A stretch of 62,871 nucleotides of DNA, counting the filler, from Pirum gemmata (Eukaryota), in NCBI GenBank assembly GCA_002812295.1. It is 23 parts of 23 records of this genome, joined end to end, with 100 filler letters (N's around TTAATTAATTAA, not from the genome) between each part and the next. Parts side by side here need not be neighbours in the genome. Positions count along the whole stretch, not along the records: positions 52,480 to 54,609 come from PDIN01006653.1; positions 54,710 to 57,044 come from PDIN01006654.1; positions 57,145 to 59,515 come from PDIN01006655.1; positions 59,616 to 62,871 come from PDIN01006656.1; 19 more parts are not named here. The stretch is one strand, 5' to 3'. Position numbers and translations under genes: made by a program. Positions 53,323-62,871 of the stretch are shown in pieces. Below the pieces are notes generated by a model. That model searched no databases, had not been told where the DNA came from, and saw nothing but the letters and a program-made list of their open reading frames with translations. Position 1 is the stretch's first letter, and each line of letters starts with the position of its first letter.

Positions 53323-54578
53323 ATCGAGCTATTTGATTCGATTACAAATGTTTTACCATAAAAATTTCGAACTTATTTAATTAATAAATAGGCTCGAAAA
53401 CTCGATTTTTTTTATAGGCCCATATGTATATAACTGGATTCTATACCTTATTTTTCTAGCCTTATTGGGAGAGGCCTATCGAGCTATTTGATTCGATTAC
53501 AAATGTTTTACCATAAAATTTCGAACTTATTTAATTAATAAATAGGTTCGAAAACTCGATTTTTTTTATAGGCCCATATGTATATAACTGGATTCTATAC
53601 CTTATTTTTCTAGCCTTATTTATTTTTTGTATAATATTTCCTAAAAAAATTTGTTTATTTCAGCTTTTATTTTTATTTCTTTATTTTTATAAATTTCAAT
53701 GATGCGGATATTTGATAGGCGAATAAATGTCACCGGATATCCTAAATATAGCTAAATATATTTCAAATGTTTCAAATGTTAGGTTCCTAAATTCCTAAAT
53801 TCCTAATATAGTATAGTGATACTTTCCGCAAATAAGACTCAGTCATTACTATAGATTCTATTTATTTTGGCTACTCAGATAGATTCATTGGCTGCTTTTT
53901 TGGAAATTTCTTCTAAAAGCCAACTAAAAGCCAACTAAAAGCCAACCAAAAACCTTTAATTTGAGTTTGGAAACCAATGCCTGGTTGTTGTTTACTTTCC
54001 TTGGGTTCCTGTATTTTTTATGAAAAAAAAAAAAAAAGGAAAAAAAAACCAACATATTATTATGATAAAAAAAAAATAACCAGTTTTGGTTTTGCTTTTT
54101 TGGATATAGTGCCACAGTAGTGGAAATTTCCATGTTAATCCCAATCTTTTGAAAACTGCTAAAAGTACTAATAGGTGTAAGTCTTTGTAAATTCTGGATA
54201 TGATTTAAAAAAGTTAATCAGAATCCCTCATTCGGAGTTGAAAACCAATGCCTGGCTTTTGTTTACCTCTATTTAGCTCAACAACAACAACAATAACAAC
54301 AACAATGTTAAAATGCTACTCATTATTTAAATATTATGAGAAAAGAAAATAAAACTTATGTAATTAACACTAAAAATTTAAGAGACATCAACAATCAACA
54401 GCAGAGCGGGCGCCATTAAAACCCAGATAATACTAAAATAATAAGAATAGAAACTGATAAAAAACAAAAATTAAATTAATATATAATACATTTATAAGTA
54501 ACAACAAAAATAGAAATAAACAAACAGAGGCCTCTTTTCCACAAAGGAAAGATTTAATTTGTGGCCAAATTAAAGTTT

Positions 54579-54609
<31 letters not shown>

Positions 54610-55387
54610 NNNNNNNNNNNNNNNNNNNNNNNNNNNNNNNNNNNNNNNNNNNNTTAATTAATTAANNNNNNNNNNNNNNNNNNNNNNNNNNNNNNNNNNN
54701 NNNNNNNNNAGGGTTAGGGTTAGGGTTAGGGTTAGGGTTACGGTTAGGGCTTAACCCTAACTAACCCTTTTCCACCATGCCTGACTTTTTTTCTCTTTTT
54801 TTTTCTTTGCTTCTTTTTCTTCTTCTTTTTCTCTCTCGCTTATATATACATAGTTTAGGTCAATAAAAAAAATTCATTCTGATTGTGATTAGCTAATTGT
54901 GATTATCAATTTTATCATTAATAACACAAATTAAAACAAAAGCTTATCTGATACAAAATCATAATATAGTTTTAATCAATTACTTATAATATATTATTCA
55001 TATTTTTTTATTTTAATTTTAAATAAAATAGTCTTCTCTGTTTTAAATTTGCTAATTAATCTCTGCAAGTCAAACGAAAATAATTAGTGCTTTGTCATTC
55101 ATTATATTTATAATTAATTTTATTATCAGATTATCAACTTATCGTTATTATAATAATAATTTTTATAAATAATAATTTATCATTATATTTATAATTTTAA
55201 ATTTGCTCATTAATCTCTGCAAGTCAAAAGAAAATAATTAGTGCATTGTCATTCATTATATTTATAATTTACAGATTATCAACTTATCATTAATAATTTT
55301 TATAAATAATAATCTATCATTATATTAATATTTATAATTTATTTGTATCATATTTTTTATTATTGACTTGTGTAGTGTACTGAAATC

Positions 55388-55597
55388 ATGACCGTTTTTA
55401 CTTGCTCTGATCAAACAATGGCCCCACAACAGAAGGATCTAGTAGCACTGTTGAACGCAACAGTAAATAGTTATGATGTTTTTCTTAGAAAAGTACCAGG
55501 AGTTTCAGACGTCTGGAGCACGTTTTATGCTTTCAATGTTTTAACAGACAAGCATATGAGAAATTTAATTGAAGAAAAAAGGGTCTACAATCACTAA
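55388..55597 (+). CDS. Possible exon, unknown product
   Basis: Normal-complexity ORF after a TGTGTAG acceptor in AT-rich DNA. Confidence 0.3.
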   Translation: MTVFTCSDQTMAPQQKDLVALLNATVNSYDVFLRKVPGVSDVWSTFYAFNVLTDKHMRNLIEEKRVYNH

Positions 55598-56218
55598 ACG
55601 TACGTTGACAGGTACAGGCAATAGCCATTTCCTTTCAACCTTTTGGCGTAAAGATAATATAATAATAATAATAATAATAAAGTACTTATTCTCGATGATT
55701 ATTTGTTGATTGAATGCATAAATCACTCATAATCGAGTCATAAACCCTTCGATTTAGTTCGATCTAAATAGTGATCTAATTTATAGTGTTACGTAACTTA
55801 CGTTATTACAACTCGCTTTTTAATATTTTTTAATTAATTTTAAAAAAAAATAACGTTACAACTTGCAACCAGCAACTCGACTTATTTTTCAAACTCATCA
55901 ATGAAGCTAAAAAAGGATAAAAGTAATCCAAATAAAGCAAAATCTATTTTTAACAGCAGAAAACTGGGGGCTTCTGAAAGTTCGAAAATTTCTTCTAAAA
56001 CCTTCATATCATATACGATACACACAAAAAAAAAAAACTCGAAAATTCAAACGTGTAATAAAGTAATATTCGTTATTATTTCAGATCCGAAGTAAGAATT
56101 TTTGGTCGGACCGGATAAAAAAAATTTCCTACAGTTAAGTGGCTGTAGGCTGACCGGGGTAGCTCTAGATCTACTACTATACTACTACTATCTAGCTAGC
56201 TAGAGAGTGATACATACC

Positions 56219-56489
56219 TTCGTATCTTTTGAGTCGGATCGATAAAGGAAAAGGTCCGTCCCCGAATCATATTCTGCTACCAGTATTTTATAATTATATA
56301 ATAATATTTTTTTGGTTTTCTTGGTTTTTTATTAAAAAAAAATTGGTCGAGCAATTTGAGGTGGGGTTTTCGGTCGGGGCTATAATACTCGAATCCGACC
56401 GAAACCCCCGGCTCAAATTACTCGACCAATTTAAAAAATCAAATATATAGCAGAATATGATTTTATCGATCCGACTCAAAAAATATGAA
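56219..56489. mobile_element. Foldback (near fully palindromic) MITE
   Basis: Nested inverted pairs TTTTGAGTCGGATCGATAAA, AATCATATTCTGCTA and AAATTGGTCGAG..AATTTGAG..TTTCGGTCGG. Confidence 0.8.
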
Positions 56490-58181
56490 GCTCCTGTCAA
56501 ATCTCTCCAAAGGGGTATTAAAAATATATTATAAATAGACTGTCTATAGCCAATTTACTCTATATGGAAATGTCGGATTTAACAACGCTGAGATTCTTTT
56601 ATTAGTAATTTTAAATACCGTAGTTATCCCTAGCTAGCTACGGTTGGGGGGGTCTAGAGCTATCATAGCTGGCTACGGCTGGGGGGGTCTAGGAGCTATC
56701 ATAGCTAGCTACGGTTGGGGGGGGTCTAGCTAGCTAGCTAGCTAGCCAACATAGTTATTATCATAATATCATTATATCACTGATTGTAGTACGTCTATCT
56801 GTATATATTTATTATAATAATATAGACAAAGCGATATTATATATCAGAGTGATATTATTATAAAATATTGCTGTATATGTTTTTAACATCTCATTATCCA
56901 ATACCATTATCAGATACCATTATCATTATTATTATCAGTAGCGTTATTATCAACATCGTTATCTTTATCTTTATCGTCATCATTATCCTTATCCTTACCG
57001 ATACCGGCATTGCTATCATCATCATCATCATCATCATCATCATCNNNNNNNNNNNNNNNNNNNNNNNNNNNNNNNNNNNNNNNNNNNNTTAATTAATTAA
57101 NNNNNNNNNNNNNNNNNNNNNNNNNNNNNNNNNNNNNNNNNNNNTTAGGGTTAGGGTTAGGGTTAGGAGGGGAGGGGAGGGGGGGGTATTTAGAAAGATT
57201 TTATTTAACTCTGCGAATATCCTCAAGAAAGCCTAAAGCCAATTTGCTAAACAAGGTCATTTTAATTAAAGGGTTAGGGTTAGGGTTAGGGGTAATATTT
57301 ATAGGGTTAGGGTTAGGGTTAAGGTCAGGGTCAGGATCAGGGTCAGGGCTAGGGTTAGGGTTAGGGTTAGGGTTAGGGTTAAGGTTAAGGTTAGGGTTAG
57401 GTTAGCGTTAGGATTAGAATTAGGGTCAGGGTTAGGGTTAAAGTTCAACCCTAACCCTATCCCTAACCCTAACCCTGACCCTGACCCTAACCCTAAAAAA
57501 CAATCTTCTATTTCAGTAGTTGTCCTCCCAATCTTTAATTTGGTACTTGTACATGTAATAATAAATAGTAATAAATAATAAGAATTTCGAATGTGTGTGT
57601 ATTTGGTTTTTTTGTATTCGTTGGTTTGTGTTTGATGGTGGTTAAATAATAATAATAATAATATTAATAATAATAATAATAAATAATAATAAGCATAATA
57701 AATAATAATAATAATAATAAATAATATTAAATAATAATAATAATAATAATCTCTACCTTTTACGAATGCCAACATGCAGGTTTGATGTATATTTTTTTGT
57801 TTTTAAAAAACAATGATTATGATATTAATTAAAATAATCAAAAACAATGACAATGATAACAAATAAAAAAACAAGTAATATTAATAATAATTATTAAAAC
57901 TGATTAATAATGATAATAAAAAATCAAAATAAATAACAATAATTGTATGATTATTAATATGATTATCATTTTTCGTATGCCTCCTGAATTTCTGACAAAT
58001 TAAATTAGTTATAATATATTACATGATAATCATAATCCAGCAATCACAGAATTATTAATACAATTAATATTATTATTTCAATTACAATCGATTATTATAA
58101 ATTATTATGAAATTATTTATTATTAAGATTATTAGTATTAATTATTATTTATTTTAAAAAAATTACCAATTCTTAAAAAAA

Positions 58182-59513
58182 TTAACATAAGAAAGTCAAC
58201 ATTGTTATAATACATGTACACACAATGACATTAAAACTTGAACCTAACTTATCTGCATTATTACCATTATTACCATTATTACCATTATTACCATTATTAT
58301 TATTATTATTATTATTATTACTGCCAGGTGAAGTATTAGGCTGAGGTGTACTACTACTTCCAAAAGTAGCAAAAACCATAGTGGTAGGATTTCCTATATT
58401 TTCAACTACACTTTCCCCAAAAGCTAAAGCCCCAGTACTAGCTATTAGGTACCTTGTGATAATATTACTATCTTGACCCAAAACGTACACTTTATTATCG
58501 TTTACCACTATATCCCTAGGATGAGCTCCTACAACATCATTTTCTAAGTTTTCGGTAATTCTATCAATCTTGCCTGTGTTTTGGTTTATAGCATATTGTG
58601 CAACACTGTCTTCCCCGTAAAAATTTAAATTAGTTGCACCAGGCGTAAGTGGTGTTCCAGTTCGTTCATTAGCTCGATTGGACACGTAAAGAAATTTCCC
58701 ATTTTCTGATATACGAATGGCCGCTGCTCTTGCTTTATCATCCCCAGTCAATGGTTTCATTAAATTTAAAACAGGATTTTGAATACTAGTCAATTGTCCT
58801 GTTGCTGAATTATAAGAATAAACAATTACAGTTCCAGCATATTCTGTAACTAAATAGGCGTATGGCAAAGTTTTATGAAAAACAAGGTGTCTTGGGCCAC
58901 TACCTGTTGGAGTGGATACCTCTAGAGTTTTCATTTCTTGCACATCACCAGTATTCTTATTAAACCTAAAAGTGTAAATCTTGTCTTGTTTGATATCAGT
59001 AGCGTACGCGTATTTTTCATCTGGGGAAAGTTCAACAGCATGTACATTAGCTCCTGCGATTGCTTGGTGGAAGATAGATTTTCCTACACTACCGTCAGCA
59101 TTAAGTGGAAAGACTGCGTAAGAACCAGAATAGTATGCTACGTGCGCAAATCTATCGTCCTTGGTGATAGTCATATAAGTGACGCTCATACTTGTACCTG
59201 GGATTTCTTCAAAATTAATTTTCGTCAAAGTACCAGTCTCAGCATTAATAGAATAACCGGCTACCCCGCCGCTTTGTTGATAACCTGCATACAAGTATTT
59301 TTCACTGTGGGCTATGGTTAACCACGCAGGATTTGGGCCCGTAACATCAGCACCAACCGTTTGCACTGGAGTAAAATCGCCAGAAATATCGTCAACTTCG
59401 AAAACTTCTATACCATTGCCTCTCGTTCCGCCAACCCAATTAATAGTAGGGTCAGTAAATCCACCAACGTAAGCAAATTTTTTGGCGGTTATGATACTAG
59501 GGGTGGATGCACA
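58182..59513 (-). CDS. 6-phosphogluconolactonase/cycloisomerase-2 family 7-bladed beta-propeller, probably secreted and GPI-anchored (5' end in gap)
   Basis: FAYVGGFT, NPAWL, HAVELSPD, GSGPRHLVFH, AAAIRIS..GKFLYVSNR and HPRD motifs. The frame is open up to the gap; the C-terminus is an S/N/G-rich linker plus a hydrophobic tail. Confidence 0.9.
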   Translation of the reverse strand, partial: CASTPSIITAKKFAYVGGFTDPTINWVGGTRGNGIEVFEVDDISGDFTPVQTVGADVTGPNPAWLTIAHSEKYLYAGYQQSGGVAGYSINAETGTLTKINFEEIPGTSMSVTYMTITKDDRFAHVAYYSGSYAVFPLNADGSVGKSIFHQAIAGANVHAVELSPDEKYAYATDIKQDKIYTFRFNKNTGDVQEMKTLEVSTPTGSGPRHLVFHKTLPYAYLVTEYAGTVIVYSYNSATGQLTSIQNPVLNLMKPLTGDDKARAAAIRISENGKFLYVSNRANERTGTPLTPGATNLNFYGEDSVAQYAINQNTGKIDRITENLENDVVGAHPRDIVVNDNKVYVLGQDSNIITRYLIASTGALAFGESVVENIGNPTTMVFATFGSSSTPQPNTSPGSNNNNNNNNNGNNGNNGNNGNNADKLGSSFNVIVCTCIITMLTFLC

Positions 59514-59755
59514 TANNNNNNNNNNNNNNNNNNNNNNNNNNNNNNNNNNNNNNNNNNNNTTAATTAATTAANNNNNNNNNNNNNNNNNNNNNNNNNNNNN
59601 NNNNNNNNNNNNNNNACAAAACAAAACAAAACAAAACAAAGCAAAGCAAAGCAAAGCAAAGCAAAGCAAAGCAAAGCAAATCAACCCAAACAAAAACAAA
59701 GCAAAAACAAAAACAAAAACAAAACGAAACCAAAAAAATTAAAGTCACAAAAAAC

Positions 59756-59984
59756 CTGTTGTTTTGTCAACTCTACTATTTCCGCAGGTTTAGCATTATC
59801 TTCTTCATATTTCAAGGCTGCAGCAAGAAGACTGTCTGCATCACGTCCGCCTTCATATGGGGTCGGAGGCCTGCTCTTATCTATTCCGAAAATCAAAAGA
59901 GTAGGGTAGCCTTGTACTTGATATCTTCCAGCTGTTTGTTGATGTACAGTAGCATCTAGCGCAGCAAATTTAACTTCAGAATCT
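59756..59984 (-). CDS. PDIA6: Internal exon of a protein disulfide-isomerase A6 (P5)-like gene
   Basis: VKFAALDATVHQQTAGRYQVQGYPTL...YEGGRDADSL...PAEIVELT, bounded by AG and GT. Confidence 0.8.
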
Positions 59985-60076
59985 CTGTTTATTTAAAATA
60001 TCGAAATGAATAAAGTCCCTAATACCAGCCCTTCACTCAATCACTCAAACAACCAATCACACACACACACACACGT

Positions 60077-60108
<32 letters not shown>

Positions 60109-60778
60109 ACACACGCACTCACGCACAAACACACACACACACATACGCACAAACACACACACACACATACATACATACATACATACATACACACATACAC
60201 ACATACACACATACACACATACACACATACACAGACGCACAAGCACACATATACACACATATACACAGACACAAACACACACACAGACACACATACACAC
60301 AGACACACACACAGACACACATACACACATAGACACACACATACACACGCACAAGTACACCACACAAGCACACACAAGCACACACACACACACCACACAC
60401 ACACACACACACATATATATATANNNNNNNNNNNNNNNNNNNNNNNNNNNNNNNNNNNNNNNNNNNNNNNNNNNNNNNNNNNNNNNNNNNNNNNNNNNNN
60501 NNNNNNNNNNACAAATTTAGCAACTAAACAATTAAATAACTAAATAACTAAATAACTAAATAACTAATTTATAAACAACTAAATAACTAAATAGCTAAAT
60601 AATTTATAACTAAAATAAATAAATAAATAAATAAATAATCAATCAAATAACTAAACAACTAAATAACTAAACAACTAAATACACTAAATAACTAAACAAT
60701 TAAACAAAGAAACAAATAAGCAACTGAACAACTAACTAAACAACTAAAACAACTAAAACAACTAAAACAACTAAAACA

Positions 60779-61100
60779 TATAATACCTAATAATACAACT
60801 AACATATATAGCAAAGTATACTACTTAATGTGGTATAACTAAGTTATATGACAATAATTTTAAAAACTTCATAATACCTAATAATACAACTAACATATAT
60901 AGCAAAGTATACTACTTAATATGGTATAACTAAGTTATATGACAATAATTAAACTTCATAATACCTAATAATACAACTAACATATATAGCAAAGTATACT
61001 ACTTAATATGGTATAACTAAGTTATATGACAATAATTAAACTTCATAATACCTAATAATACAACTAACATATATAGCAAAGTATACTACTTAATATGGTA
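60779..61100. repeat. 87-bp tandem repeat x~4
   Basis: ATAATACCTAATAATACAACTAAC... at ~60780, 60871, 60958 and 61045. Confidence 0.9.
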
Positions 61101-61139
61101 AGTTATATAAAAATAATTAAAATAATATAATTAATATAC

Positions 61140-62482
61140 CTTCACTTTCATTAAGATTACATGTGTAACAAAAATACCAATTTTGCTCGGTAAATTCTTC
61201 ACCACTTTGAACAAATGTACACAAATCATCTTTACATAGATTCGATTTTTCCAAGGAGGATTTCGAGCTCAACTGTTCGGTAACCTTGTTGATTTCTAGA
61301 AAACCATGAAAATAAAATGAGTTAAAATGATTAAAATAAAATAAAAAAAATAAAAAAAAATATTAAATTTAGGGTTAGGGGTTAGGGTTAGGGTTAGGGT
61401 TAGGGTTAGGGTTAGGGTTAGGGTAAAGTAAAGTAAAGTAAATACAAATATTAATTAATAATAATTATTATTATTAATTATTTTTAAGTATTAGTTATTA
61501 AATGTTTAATAATTATTAAAAATTATTATAAGAACTAGTATATAATTAATAATTAATAATTATTATTATTAATTATTTTCAGTATTAGTTATTAAATATT
61601 CATAATTATTAATCATTAATAAAAGCACAAACATACTCTTATGATTATAGTTAAATGTTTACACAATTATTAATTTTATTGATTATAGATACTAGATTGG
61701 GTCAGAGTTGGGGTTGGGGCTGGGATCAATGGTTAATGGTTAGAGTTAAAGGTTAAAGGTTAGGGTTAGGGTTAAAAATTGGGGCTGGGGTTAAAACTTG
61801 GCGTTAGGGTTAGTGTTGGGTTAATGGTTAAGGTTAATGGTTAGGATTAGGGTTAGGATTAAGGTTAATGGTTAAGGTTAATGGTTAGGGTTAGGGATAA
61901 AGTTAGGGTTAGGGTTAAGAGTTAATGGTTAAGGCTAATGATTAATGGTCAGGGTTAGGGTTAGGGTTAGGGTTAGGGTTAGGGTTAGGGTTAGGGTTAG
62001 GGTTAGGGTTATAAGGGTTAGGGTTAGGGTTACAGTAGTAGTTCATAGTACGAGAGGGTCGAATCATTTCGGGGATAATTGTAGTTGATGGTTTATGTTT
62101 ATAAGTACTAGCTTGATATCACACTTTCGTATTATTGTATTAAATGTTTTAGCTAAGCTTTATACATTATTCATAATAATTTATCATTCAAACATACAGT
62201 TATATAATAAAAAATAAATAAATAACAAAACAAAATATATAATAACAACAATAACACTAAATAAATAAATTACAGTAATTAACTAACTGAATAAATAAAC
62301 ACACGACTAATAAATAAAATGATAAAAAAATAAATAAATAAATAAATGATTAAATAACCATCTGATATACTATTATCTCCATTAACATTATCTCCATTAA
62401 CATCCGATTCATCCAAAACTTCTTGAAAACTTTCCAGAATTTTACAAACACATATCAATATATTATTTTTGTCATGTTCATC
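61140..62482 (-). CDS. Exons of a UBR4/BIG-like UBR-box protein (62482-62359, 61295-61140)
   Basis: LCTFVQSGEEFTEQNWYFCYTCNL..EG matches the start of a UBR4-type zinc finger; the upstream acidic exon is phase-compatible. Confidence 0.7.
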
Positions 62483-62871
62483 CTATATGTACATATAAAT
62501 GGTTACGTTTAGGTTTAGGTTAGAGTTAGGGTTAGAAGTTAGAAGTTAGGGTTATGGGCTGGGGTTAAGGGTTAGTTATTAGGGTTGGGTATTAGGGTTG
62601 GGTGTTAGAGGTTAGGATTGGGGTTAAAGTAGGATTGAGGTTGGTTAGGGCTGGTTAGGGCTACCAAAAGGGTTACGGTTAGCGTTACGGTTGGGGTTAA
62701 GGCCAGGGTTAGGGCCAGGGTTAGGGGTAAGTGGTAGGGGTAGAGATAAGGGTTATATATATGAAAGTATATATCATTTAAAAAAAAAAGACAACCAATT
62801 ATAATATTATTATTATAATTATTATAATTGGTATTATTATGATTATAAATATTATTATGTTATTATTATTA

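Noticed and set aside
60779..61100. Tandem repeats as a CRISPR-like array
   Set aside because: No unique spacers, and the context is eukaryotic non-coding DNA.

Overview
AT-rich eukaryotic DNA from an artificial concatenation of short contigs. There are 22 spacers of N44-TTAATTAATTAA-N44 (stops in all six frames), so neighbourhoods across spacers carry no biological meaning. Genes have GT-AG introns and use the standard code. Recognisable genes are PRMT1, ARL5, exons of PDIA6-like and UBR4-like genes, a tRNA-Trp(CCA), an intronless 6-phosphogluconolactonase-family beta-propeller with an apparent GPI signal, an LRR single-pass receptor with a Tyr-repeat tail, a double-SAP low-complexity protein, a Gln-rich protein, a double-PHD ORF that may be transposon-borne, and two membrane proteins. 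The rest is mainly MITE families (at least 8), decayed LINE fragments, a possible LTR, satellites, microsatellites and interstitial TTAGGG arrays. The host is probably a unicellular eukaryote, possibly holozoan; this is weak inference only. I found no clear multi-gene novel system. The most unusual signals are 21-bp and 36-bp TIR-only elements with perfect 7-bp TSDs, the surface-anchored lactonase, the kinase-less Tyr-tail LRR receptor, a virus-like divergent ORF pair, and a tRNA-Trp with an unpaired 31-39 position.
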